Below, piece after piece: positions 1 to 8,785 of a DNA stretch of 20,514 nt (positions within the stretch are counted from its first letter, which is position 1; every line of letters begins with the position of its first letter). The position numbers and the translations under genes were made by a program. A model generated the notes under the pieces. The model saw only the letters and a program-made list of their open reading frames with translations. It was not told the DNA's origin and made no database searches. Source of the stretch: Pedosphaera sp. (lineage in GTDB: Bacteria; Verrucomicrobiota; Verrucomicrobiia; Limisphaerales; SIBH01); NCBI GenBank assembly GCA_031414955.1, contig JANOQV010000154.1, forward strand, positions 1 to 20,514. Reading direction: 5' to 3'.

Positions 1-30
1 TTTTTCCAACGCGCTCGGCCTCATCACCTT

Positions 31-57
31 GCTGCGCCCGAGGGCGGGCGCACTCCG
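31..57 (-). repeat. REP-like palindrome (GGAG tetranucleotide + 8-bp hairpin)
   Basis: Minus strand reads CGGAG-TGCGCCCG-CCCT-CGGGCGCA-GC: a perfect 8-bp stem (33-40/45-52) with a 4-nt loop, preceded by GGAG. This is the architecture of GTAG/GGAG-type REP elements. An inverted partner may lie left of the window. Confidence 0.55.
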
Positions 58-62
58 GGGCC

Positions 63-83
63 GAATTTTCAGACCGGCTCTAA
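63..83 (-). mobile_element. possible terminal inverted repeat of a MITE (one end only)
   Basis: Minus strand TTA|GAGCCGGTCTGAAAATTC lies directly before the REP-like hairpin. A GAG start flanked by TWA resembles IS5-family (IS1031-group) ends. The other end and a transposase are not in the window. Confidence 0.25.
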
Positions 84-132
84 GGTGAACAGCTCGTTGA
101 AACAGTCGGAGAGCGGCGGTGGTCATGGCGGC

Positions 133-160
133 AGTGTAGGAAGAGGAAACTGGCTGTCCA
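133..160 (-). promoter_or_regulatory. putative sigma70-type promoter for a leaderless transcript starting near ATG at 126
   Basis: Minus strand TGGACA(160-155)-N16-TACACT(138-133)-N6-ATG(126-124). The frame from 126 stays open to the window edge (MTTAALRLFQRAVHL...). Confidence 0.35.
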
Positions 161-509
161 GTGGGGGTTTCCCGGAGTCGGCTGCCGCTGGAACGCGCCG
201 ACGAGAGCGCGCCGCAGGATGGAACGAGCCGCGCCCTGGGCGAAAACAGCGGGCGGAGAAGTTCCGTGCGGCCGGGTGGAGCCGGCGCGGACGCGCCCCG
301 GCGGAAAAGAGACGGAAAAGCAAAAGGCAAGGGCGGTGGCGGCGACCTCCGACCGTGCCCCGCACCTGCCCCGTGAGCCGCCAAACTTTTTCGGGATCCC
401 GCCCCGTGGGCGCTTGCGCCTTTACGGGGGCGGCTTCAACCCCGGATGGAAAGGACGCTGCGCGCGACCACTACTACCGCGTGGTCACCCCGCTCTCGCC
501 GTAGTTGGC

Positions 510-625
510 ACGGAGCGCGAAGCACCGACGTCGCGCGGGACAGCCCAGGGGAAAACGGTGGTCTCTGGTCGGAACGGCCACAACCATCGCCGTGTCTGGC
601 GCGACGTCGGTGCGTCGCGCTCCGT
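510..625. repeat. REP doublet (REPIN-like): 27-bp inverted repeats with 62-nt spacer
   Basis: ACGGAGCGCGAAGCACCGACGTCGCGC (510-536) and GCGCGACGTCGGTGCGTCGCGCTCCGT (599-625) are reverse complements with 1 mismatch. Each arm is GGAG plus an internal palindrome (right arm GCGCGACG-N6-CGTCGCGC). The element lies just downstream of the 657 stop codon. Confidence 0.7.
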
Positions 626-656
626 CACGTTTGGGAAGCCTTTCGAGGCGGTCGGC

Positions 657-3600
657 TCAAGGCTCCAGCAATACCCGGTAGAACCGCTGCGCATTCGTGG
701 CGGGAACGCTGAAGATCACCGTGGAATTCGTCGCCGTCTGCGTCGTACCCACCACGGGCCAGCCGCCGGGCAGGCCGAGATCGTCCTTGGTCACGAGAGT
801 GTAATCTCGCCCCAACGTGGACGGCGCGGTGATGGTCATGCTGCCACTGTCGTCCACGATGCTGGTGATGCGCAGCCCCGCGCCCACGATGACTTTGAGC
901 GTCCGCAGATGGTTGAACTGCGGAACGCCGTTGTCGGTCACGATGATGTTCATGGTGTTGGTGCCGGGCGGCTGGTTCGCCGGGACGGGCCACGAGAAGA
1001 CGCCGGTCAACGGCGTGATCGTGGCGTCCACCGGAGCACTCACGCTGAGGCTATAGGTCAGGGTGTTGGCCGGCAGATCCGGATCGGTGGCGCTGTTGGT
1101 GAAGGTGACGAGGTCGCCCGGGAGCGCGGTGTGGTTGCTGATCGGCGCCAGCACCGGCGGCTCGTTGGATTCGGCCACAAAGATGACCACCACCTGGAAG
1201 GCGCTCTGGGGCGGCTCGCCGTCATCGGTGACGCGCACCACGATGGGATACTGGTTGGTGCCCTGCGCCTCGGTCGGCGTCCAGGTCAGGTTGCCGTTGG
1301 TGGTGATGACCATGCCGACGGGTGCGCCGGGGTCGAGACTCCAGGTCATGAGTTGGGCGGGCAGGTCGGAATTGGTCGCCGTGGCCTTGAAGGCCAGCAA
1401 CTGGTTCTCGATCACGGTCCGGTTGTTGATCACGTTGATCACCGGTGGCGAATTCGTCTTGAGCACGTTGATGCTGAAGGTCTCGAAGTCGTCCCGCTGC
1501 GGCAGGCCGTTGTCCGTCACGCGCACGGTCACGTTGTAACCCGCCCCGCCCTGCGCCTCAGTCGGCGTCCAAGTGAAAGCACCCCCGGTCGTGATCGAAG
1601 CCCCGGCCGGCGCTCCGGCGTCGAGCGTGAAGGTGAGCGTGTCGCCCAGGTTGGGATCGGTGGCCGTGGCGGTGAGGTTCAAGGTGATTCCCTCAATGGC
1701 CGAACGCGGGCCGATGACGGCCAGCACCGGCGGATCATTCGGCGAAGTAAGGAAGTTCGGCGCGCGCGGCGTGGGCGTGGTCAGGGCCTGAATCGCGCCG
1801 CCGCCATCCGGGTAGCGGCCTTCGCTCACGTCGTTCAACTGCGGGCCGAAGACCACGGCATCCACCTGCAAGCCGGTGTCGGTAAACAAACCGATCTCCT
1901 CGCCGCCGGCCGCGAGCTGGAAGTTGGCGTGCCGATCCGAATTGGTGTCGTTGTTCTGGCTGTTCTCATTGTCGGCCCAAATGAGCAGGAAGCCTTGGGC
2001 GGGAATGATCGTGTTGTTGGGAATCTTCCACTTCGTTTTGTTGGTCAGCGTGTCGGTCAGGTAATAGTCGCCCAGATCCACGGGGCTGAGCTCGGCGTTG
2101 TAGAGTTCGATCCAGTCCTCAAATTGGCCATCCACCGGATCGGCCAGCGTGGTGGAATTCTGCGCCATCCACTCGTTGACAAACACGGCGACCGGCGGCA
2201 GCGCCGGGTTGTTGGTCGCGCCGGGCGTGACGGTGGCGAGCGAACGGCGCTGGCAGGGGTTGCCATCCGGGATGCTGCCGATGCTGCGGTTCGGGCTGGA
2301 GAAGGCCCAGTTGAAATAATCCATGACCGTGTTGGTGCCGTTGTAGAGCGTGGCCAGGGCCAGTGTGCCGTTGGTCAGCGGCGCGCGGAAGTTCGCGTGC
2401 AGTTCTCCGTTGACCTGCTCACCCGGCTCATTGTCCAGCCAGACCACGCGGAACGCGCCCGGCCCAACCGTCGTGCCGGGCGGGAAAGGCCAGCGCGTCA
2501 GGTTGGTGTAGCTGTCGGTGAGGTAGTAGGTGCTCAGGTCGATGGTGTTCGTGCCCGCGTTGTAAAGCTCCACCCACGGATCGCGATCGCCGAACTGATC
2601 GGCGGGACCGGCCGTGTTGTAAGCCTGCAACTCGTTCAACCACACCGTCGGGAAATCAGGCCGCGCGGCGGCGATGGAGTTGGCCGCGCCCGGCGTGTAG
2701 GTCGGCACGCCACCAGTCAGCGGCTCGGCGATCAGTTCGACGCCCATCACGATGTCGGAACTGGTGTTGTTGATCTGGTGAACTTCCACCGCGAGCACGT
2801 TGGTTCCGGAGAGCAGGCCGGCCGTGCCCAGGACGAACGGCCCCTCGTAGTTCGCGTCGCCGACCGTCCGGTCCGCGAAGGAATGGTCCGTCGTCCCTCC
2901 CGCCGGAATGCCAATCCGGTAAAGTTCCGCGCCGTTCAGATGAACCACCACGCCGTCGTCCACGACCAACCGCAGTTTGAACTGATACTGCCCCGGCGTG
3001 CCGGTGAAGTTGAACCGGGTGCGGAAGTGATAGTTGGTTTTGCCCAGGATGAGCGCCGTGTTCTTTGGCTCGGGCAGCGCGGAGGGCTCCACGTAGAGCA
3101 AGCCCAGACCCTGCGGCCACGCGCCGTCGTTATAGGCCGAGGCCGTCCAGTTCACGCCCGTGAGATCCGCCGTCTGCTCGTAGCGCCAGAGGTTCGTGAA
3201 GCGGACCAGCGTCTGCGTCGCGACCACGGAGACATTGGTGGTGGCGACGCCCCAGTTGGCCAAGCGGCGGTTGTCCCGCGTGGCGTCGATCAACTGAAGC
3301 GAAGGCCCGAAGCCATCGGCCTGGACGGACCACGGCGCGACATCGTCGTAGCACACCTGATCCACCAGCACATAATTGGTCGCGTTGGTGGTGGCGACCC
3401 ATTGCCAGAGCGTGAGCGTCTCACCGCCGTTGTCCAAAGTGCCGCTCCATTCGCCGACCGGCACGAGGCCCGCGCCGTAGGCCGATTGGAATCCCAGCGT
3501 GTTCACGACCACAACTTTGTACTGGCCCGCGTCGATGAACGTGCCGTCCGGGAAGGTGAAGTCCACGCCGTCCAGCTTCCAGTTCGAGAGGTCGAAGGCG

Positions 3601-6600
3601 TTCGACGCGGACCGATTCCACAGCTCGACATACGAGGCGCTCGGAGTGAGCGGGTTGTACATGATCTCGTTGATGACGAGCTTGTCCTGCGGCGTCTCGG
3701 CCGGGCCGGTGTAGGTAATGTTGATGGTGTCGTTGGTGAAGGTGACGTTGTTGCGATCCTCGCCGGTGATGTTCAGCGCGTTCGCGCCAGAGTTGAGGGT
3801 GAAGAACAGCGTCCAGGTGTTCACGCCCGTCCAGGTCACGTTCTGCGCGACGCCATTGATGCGGATGTCCTTCACCCCCACCGGCGCGGTGCCGGTGATC
3901 TGGATGAGGTTGCGATTGGTCGAGAAGTTCGCGCCCGCGTTCAACGTGATGGCCATCGGCGCGGTGGCATTGGCGGCGATATCAGTGAGAATCGTGGAGC
4001 GTCGTGTGACGACGTAGCTCTTCATGCCCGCGGCGGGATCAAGCGCGATGCCCTCGCTGACCAGACCGTTGTAGATGGCATCGATGCGCGCATCGAAGAC
4101 CGCCGGGATGAGAATCTGGTTCGCCGCCTCGGCATAGGCGCAATACATCTCGCGGCGGAAAGGCGCCCAGCCTTGCAGCGTGTTGATGATGGGATCGCCC
4201 GCGCCGAACAGGGCGTCGGTGGCCGCGTTGCCGCCGTTGTCAAAGACGAAGTCGATGTCCCACGGGCAGAGTTTCCAGGGGCGATCCGCGTCATCGGGCT
4301 TGTAGGCGTAGCAGTTTTTGCCGCGCCCCATGGTGTAGGCGTCCCAGTTGCCGGCAATGCGCTGCTGGACGCTGACGCGCGCCCAATTTCCCAGATCCAC
4401 CCACTGCGGCACGAGCGTGTTGTAGGCCGGGCCGGTGGAGTTCAAGGCGTCCACCAGCGAGAAGAGGTTCGTGTAGTTGTTGGCTGAGTCCTGCACGGCG
4501 CGCTTGCGCCAGGTCCAGCGGTAACGCGCCAGCTTCTTCGCGCCGCCGTCCGTGGTGAAGTTTTGCAGCGTGGCATCAACGTTGAAGTTGAACGAGTTGC
4601 CCGTGTCGTCGAACTCGAACCAGTCCTCGATCTTATGCACGTCGCCGTTCGGATCATCGGGATACCATTGCTCGGCCCAGTCGCCGCTGGGTTGCTGCGT
4701 GTCCTCGTAGAGCGTGCCGCGCTGCTGGCCGTTCACGTAGAGGCGGATGAAACGGCGATAGAGATACGGCTCGCCCAGCTTGCGCAGGACGAAGAAGGCC
4801 ATCTGCTCGCGCATGTAAGCCGGGTCGCTGTTCAAGTTGCCCGGCGAGGCGATGGCGAAATCATCGTGGCCCAGCAGCGGATCATCATCGGGCGCACGGA
4901 AGACGTAATCGCAGATGCCGCCGAGCGGCCCACTGAAACCGGGCGCGTGCCACGGGCTGCCGGCATAGAGCGTCTTGCCGTTGTAGATGACGCGGTTGGT
5001 GCCATACACGAACGAGCAATCGAGCGGTTCGTTGGAATTCTTTTCCCGCGCGGTCCAGTAGTTGGCCGTGGCCGTGGTGATCCAGATGTGATACTGGCCG
5101 AGCGTGCCGGTGGGCTGCGGCTCGCCCCAGCGAATCAAACATTCTCGCACTGGCGCGTCATTCGGGAAGAGCGTCACGCCGAACGGCGTGCCGTTGTCGG
5201 CGGCCTGGATGTAGAAGGCCGCCATCGCCCCGCTGGCCTGGCCGGGAATGGGCGCGCTGTAATAGCCCGCGCCGTTGTTGGTCATCGCCACCGAGGTGTA
5301 ATTCGTCGCCGGGTCGAGGCGGTAATTCAGGATCAGCGAAGACAGCCCGTCGGGATCGCTCACCAGCGCCGAGACGGTCACGGCCGTGCTGGCGGCGGGC
5401 AGCACCGGCGTGTGTTTCACATCGGCGATGGCGGGGCCGACGTTGCCCCCGGTGGCAAGCGTGGCCGAGTTAACCGCGCCGGGCGTGCCGAACTGTTTGG
5501 TCGCGATGTGGTTGGTGCTCGCTTCCAGCCACGCGCCCTTGATGCGCAACAGCAATTCAGGATGTCCGCGCAGGAACCGGACTTTGGCCCGCAGCGTGCC
5601 GGGAGAACCGCCGGCAAAGGCCGAGGTCGTGGCCGTCCAGATGCGGTTCGCGCCGGTGTCGCCGCGAGCCGACGCCACTACGTGCAGACACTTGCTGCCG
5701 CCAAATCCTCCCGTGTTTTCGATAAAGCTCTTCGCGTGCGTGCCCTGCCACGTCCATCCCGTCGCGCCGCTTTCGAAGTTGCCGTTGCTGATGCGGTCCG
5801 TGCCGCCTTGAATGGCCTCGACGTTGTCCACCAGACATTCGCCTTCGCCGAGCAGGAAGAGATGCACGCGATCCAGACCGCCGTTGCCATTATCCAGCGT
5901 GCCGGTCCATTCCAGCGTGACCCACGGGCTTTTCTGCGACTCGTCGGAATCGCGCCAGTTGGTGGCGAGACGATTGTCGGCCCGCGTGTCCACGAGTTCG
6001 AGTGAACTGCCGCCGGCGTCGCTCGAACGGCCCCAGCGTCCGCCGTCGCCGTAAGTCACCTCGTCGGCGACGATCCAAATCTTGTTCGTGATCGGCTGCC
6101 CGAACTGGTTCGTGGTCGCCACGTCATCGGGGAAGCTCAAGGCCACGCGCTCGCCGCCGTTGCCCAGCGTGCCGCTGTAATCGCCGGCACTGTTCGCCGC
6201 CGTGAGTCCGACGTAGTTGGTGCGCAACCGCGCCACATTCTTCGCCACCACGAGATAACCATTGGTCGGAATGGTGACGCCGGCCGGGAAAGTGAAGTCG
6301 ATGCCGTCGGTGAACTTCCACCCGCCCACGTTCACCGCATTGGTGCCCTTGTTCTTTAGCTCGATGAATTCATCGTCCGAGTTGCCGCTGATGGGCGCGT
6401 ACATGATTTCGTTGATCACGATGTCGTTCACGTAGAGCGCGGCGTTGTTCGTGCCCTGGGTGGCGTTGCGCAACGCGTGGAACGTCGGCCGGCCATCGGG
6501 GAAGCGGCCCCAGGGTTTGCCGTTCTCCTGACCCTCGTATTTCACGGCATCGATCACCCGCATTCCTGTGCGCAGGAACAGCGTCTCGCCATCGTTGTTC

Positions 6601-8492
6601 AGCGCGAAGCCGAGTTGCGCCCCGGTGAACGCAATGAAACTGCGCGCCGCGAGGGTCGTGCCGCCGGGGATGATGAACTTGTTGGTGTCGGGATCATCAG
6701 TGAGAGCCAGACCGGCGATGCTCACCGGAGAAGTGCTGTGATTGTACAGCTCGATGTAATCCACCTGCGGCAGATCAGTGTGGGCCAGCACTTCGTTGAT
6801 CAGGATGGTGTTGAAGGCCGTCAGCGGAGCCGGTTCCGCCACCCGCGGCGAGCCGCCGGGATTCACGCTCGCCGCCCAGGCGCGCGGGTCGTCTTCGCCG
6901 TAGCTCGGCCGCGCCAGCACCATCGAGTGGCCCGCGCCCGCTGCCGCCAGCGGCCAGGGCGGATCGTTGCGGTAGGTGAACTCGTTCAGCACCGCGCCAT
7001 GATCATTCTTCAACCGCACCGTGCCCGAGGAATTGTTCAGCTTGTTCGTGTTTACGAACGGCCCCAGCGGCGTCGCGCCACCGTAGCCCGCCACGAAATC
7101 GGGCGGGAATCCCGCCACGACGAGATAGCTGCGCGCGGCGATGATGGTGTTGGGCGGGAAGGTGTAATCCACCTCGCCGCTGATCCGGTAGCCGCTGATG
7201 TCCTCGGGCCACGCCTGGGAGTTGTAGATCTCGATGAACTCCAGGTTGCGCAGGTCGGCGCGATTGGTCGGGTTGAACATGACCTCGGAGACCACCAGTG
7301 GCGAGCGGCGACGGCTCGGGCCGATCTGCTCCGGCCCGGGAAACAGGTAGCTGACGGGCAACGGCTGCGAATTGAGCGAGAAGGTCCGGGTGGAGCCGGG
7401 GAGAATGGTGTTCGGCGTGGTGGCGCGGTCGCGCACGTTGTTCACGGTGAGGGTGTAAGTCACAGCATTGGCCAGCGTGGACACCGAAAGAACAATGGTC
7501 CGAGTGTCCGCGCCGAAGCGCGCGCCCTGCACCGTGATGCCGCCGCTGATGCCGTAGTTGGCGGTGTTCGTGCCTGTGACCGCCTCGACTGGCTCGGAAT
7601 AGAGCACGGTGACGACATTGGGATCGAGCGCGCTGACGGTGGCGATGGTCGGCCGCGTGGTGTCGGGAAAGACAGTCAGAGTAGCGAGGTTGGAATTGGT
7701 GCCGCCGTAACTGTTCGTGACGCCCACGCGATAGTTGCTGTTCGAGGCGGAAAGCGTTGTGGGCGAAACGGTGAAGGTGGAATTCGTCGCGCCGACGACC
7801 CTCACCCCGTTGCTGTGCCACTGATAAGTCGCGCCGATACTGCGGGCCAGGGTCACGCTGAAGATGGCCGAACCGCCCTCGAACACATTTGCATTTGCCG
7901 GCTGCACCGTGATGACCGGCGGGCCGAGACCGTAGGGTACACAGTTGGTGATATTGATCGGCGCTTCATCAACGGCGTCGGGGCGCAGCCAGCGCACGGC
8001 CAGGTTGTCGCCGCCACCGCCTTCCTTCATCAATGCCTCGATGTAGTACTGCTGTCCCGCGACCAGCGCACGCGGCGCCGATTGCTGGTTGGCCTCGGTG
8101 GTCCAGGCGCGCGAGGCGGTCCAGGCTCCCACGTAGGCAATGCGCGTCTTGTTGGCCGGGTTCGCGTCGGTGGAAAGGTAGAGATCGGAAGCGTCATCCG
8201 AGGCAATCCAGAAGGTGTAATTGCCCGTGACCGGCGCCTTGATGAGCGCGCGCAGCCGTTGCCCATAATTCTCGAGCACATCGGTGGGCGCCTCGAAGAG
8301 CGAGGTCAGCAGGGTCTCCTCATCCGGAGCGTTGGCGATAAACTTGGCGGAGTTCGTCAGGTCGAAGACAGTGCCGCCCGCGATTTCGCGGAACACCTCC
8401 CGCAGGACGGCATTCGATTGCGCACGGGCCGCAGGCTGGCTGGACAGAACGAGCGCGAACAGAATCAGTCGCGCAAACTTGCAGTATTTCAT
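657..8492 (-). CDS. large secreted multidomain protein: PA14 + Ig-like + 6 lamin-tail domains + CotH-family kinase + 3 cadherin-like repeats + C-terminal RFYR domain (~2611 aa)
   Basis: Start moved from 8717 to the in-frame ATG at 8492, which gives a Sec signal peptide (MKYCKFARLILFALVLSSQPAARA|QS). Motifs: PA14 (YGQRLRALIKAPVTGNYTFWIASDD); Ig (PPVITVQP..YQW..NG); six lamin-tail starts (VVSEVMFNP, LINEVLAH, VINEIMY x2, WLNELQA, FVNEWMA, each followed by an [FYW][IV]E[IL]xN motif); CotH (DPAYMRE, LYVNG, GNWD..KN.Y.Y, PWDIDFVF, ~3987-5099); three cadherin-like units (N.PPV...D...L...L......I...G.[FL][TS]W.P). Confidence 0.9.
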   Translation of the reverse strand: MKYCKFARLILFALVLSSQPAARAQSNAVLREVFREIAGGTVFDLTNSAKFIANAPDEETLLTSLFEAPTDVLENYGQRLRALIKAPVTGNYTFWIASDDASDLYLSTDANPANKTRIAYVGAWTASRAWTTEANQQSAPRALVAGQQYYIEALMKEGGGGDNLAVRWLRPDAVDEAPINITNCVPYGLGPPVITVQPANANVFEGGSAIFSVTLARSIGATYQWHSNGVRVVGATNSTFTVSPTTLSASNSNYRVGVTNSYGGTNSNLATLTVFPDTTRPTIATVSALDPNVVTVLYSEPVEAVTGTNTANYGISGGITVQGARFGADTRTIVLSVSTLANAVTYTLTVNNVRDRATTPNTILPGSTRTFSLNSQPLPVSYLFPGPEQIGPSRRRSPLVVSEVMFNPTNRADLRNLEFIEIYNSQAWPEDISGYRISGEVDYTFPPNTIIAARSYLVVAGFPPDFVAGYGGATPLGPFVNTNKLNNSSGTVRLKNDHGAVLNEFTYRNDPPWPLAAAGAGHSMVLARPSYGEDDPRAWAASVNPGGSPRVAEPAPLTAFNTILINEVLAHTDLPQVDYIELYNHSTSPVSIAGLALTDDPDTNKFIIPGGTTLAARSFIAFTGAQLGFALNNDGETLFLRTGMRVIDAVKYEGQENGKPWGRFPDGRPTFHALRNATQGTNNAALYVNDIVINEIMYAPISGNSDDEFIELKNKGTNAVNVGGWKFTDGIDFTFPAGVTIPTNGYLVVAKNVARLRTNYVGLTAANSAGDYSGTLGNGGERVALSFPDDVATTNQFGQPITNKIWIVADEVTYGDGGRWGRSSDAGGSSLELVDTRADNRLATNWRDSDESQKSPWVTLEWTGTLDNGNGGLDRVHLFLLGEGECLVDNVEAIQGGTDRISNGNFESGATGWTWQGTHAKSFIENTGGFGGSKCLHVVASARGDTGANRIWTATTSAFAGGSPGTLRAKVRFLRGHPELLLRIKGAWLEASTNHIATKQFGTPGAVNSATLATGGNVGPAIADVKHTPVLPAASTAVTVSALVSDPDGLSSLILNYRLDPATNYTSVAMTNNGAGYYSAPIPGQASGAMAAFYIQAADNGTPFGVTLFPNDAPVRECLIRWGEPQPTGTLGQYHIWITTATANYWTAREKNSNEPLDCSFVYGTNRVIYNGKTLYAGSPWHAPGFSGPLGGICDYVFRAPDDDPLLGHDDFAIASPGNLNSDPAYMREQMAFFVLRKLGEPYLYRRFIRLYVNGQQRGTLYEDTQQPSGDWAEQWYPDDPNGDVHKIEDWFEFDDTGNSFNFNVDATLQNFTTDGGAKKLARYRWTWRKRAVQDSANNYTNLFSLVDALNSTGPAYNTLVPQWVDLGNWARVSVQQRIAGNWDAYTMGRGKNCYAYKPDDADRPWKLCPWDIDFVFDNGGNAATDALFGAGDPIINTLQGWAPFRREMYCAYAEAANQILIPAVFDARIDAIYNGLVSEGIALDPAAGMKSYVVTRRSTILTDIAANATAPMAITLNAGANFSTNRNLIQITGTAPVGVKDIRINGVAQNVTWTGVNTWTLFFTLNSGANALNITGEDRNNVTFTNDTINITYTGPAETPQDKLVINEIMYNPLTPSASYVELWNRSASNAFDLSNWKLDGVDFTFPDGTFIDAGQYKVVVVNTLGFQSAYGAGLVPVGEWSGTLDNGGETLTLWQWVATTNATNYVLVDQVCYDDVAPWSVQADGFGPSLQLIDATRDNRRLANWGVATTNVSVVATQTLVRFTNLWRYEQTADLTGVNWTASAYNDGAWPQGLGLLYVEPSALPEPKNTALILGKTNYHFRTRFNFTGTPGQYQFKLRLVVDDGVVVHLNGAELYRIGIPAGGTTDHSFADRTVGDANYEGPFVLGTAGLLSGTNVLAVEVHQINNTSSDIVMGVELIAEPLTGGVPTYTPGAANSIAAARPDFPTVWLNELQAYNTAGPADQFGDRDPWVELYNAGTNTIDLSTYYLTDSYTNLTRWPFPPGTTVGPGAFRVVWLDNEPGEQVNGELHANFRAPLTNGTLALATLYNGTNTVMDYFNWAFSSPNRSIGSIPDGNPCQRRSLATVTPGATNNPALPPVAVFVNEWMAQNSTTLADPVDGQFEDWIELYNAELSPVDLGDYYLTDTLTNKTKWKIPNNTIIPAQGFLLIWADNENSQNNDTNSDRHANFQLAAGGEEIGLFTDTGLQVDAVVFGPQLNDVSEGRYPDGGGAIQALTTPTPRAPNFLTSPNDPPVLAVIGPRSAIEGITLNLTATATDPNLGDTLTFTLDAGAPAGASITTGGAFTWTPTEAQGGAGYNVTVRVTDNGLPQRDDFETFSINVLKTNSPPVINVINNRTVIENQLLAFKATATNSDLPAQLMTWSLDPGAPVGMVITTNGNLTWTPTEAQGTNQYPIVVRVTDDGEPPQSAFQVVVIFVAESNEPPVLAPISNHTALPGDLVTFTNSATDPDLPANTLTYSLSVSAPVDATITPLTGVFSWPVPANQPPGTNTMNIIVTDNGVPQFNHLRTLKVIVGAGLRITSIVDDSGSMTITAPSTLGRDYTLVTKDDLGLPGGWPVVGTTQTATNSTVIFSVPATNAQRFYRVLLEP

Positions 8493-8785
8493 TTTGTAAC
8501 AGGAATTTGACCGAGGATGCCCAATGGTAACACGGAATGCAAACAAAGGAGACCGATTCATCAGGTCCGGGCGCATCTTGAAAGGATCGAGTTGCCCAGG
8601 ATGAACTGCGAGACCGGAGAGTCTCGCGGAGCGGTCCTTTCCAGATGCGCCCGGCAGTTCTCGGACTGAATTGATTCTGAAGCGAAACGCCGCCGCCGTC
8701 CGAACCAGCCGGACCAAAGCAAGCGCCCAGGCGTCGTAAAAATCTCATGGCTGCCGTCTGGCAGACAAGGTCTCGCTTCCACCGG

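Noticed and set aside
505..521. TTGGCACG as a sigma-54 -24 element
   Set aside because: No TTGC at -12, and the sequence overlaps the REP arm.
219..4487. 1422-aa plus-strand ORF (and similar ones at 4563-6005, 6477-8510, 8747-10339, 10967-11815)
   Set aside because: In-register antisense shadows of the real minus-strand genes. Antisense stops need TTA/CTA/TCA sense codons, which are rare at high GC. The products are Arg/Gly/Val-rich with no recognisable motifs.
8608..8627. 7-bp inverted repeat GCGAGAC-N6-GTCTCGC between the two CotH genes
   Set aside because: No U-tract on either strand and no second copy; cannot be told from chance at this GC content.
8493..8717. 75-codon N-terminal extension of the giant kinase ORF in the ORF track
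   Set aside because: Atypical composition, and a clear signal peptide begins at ATG 8492.
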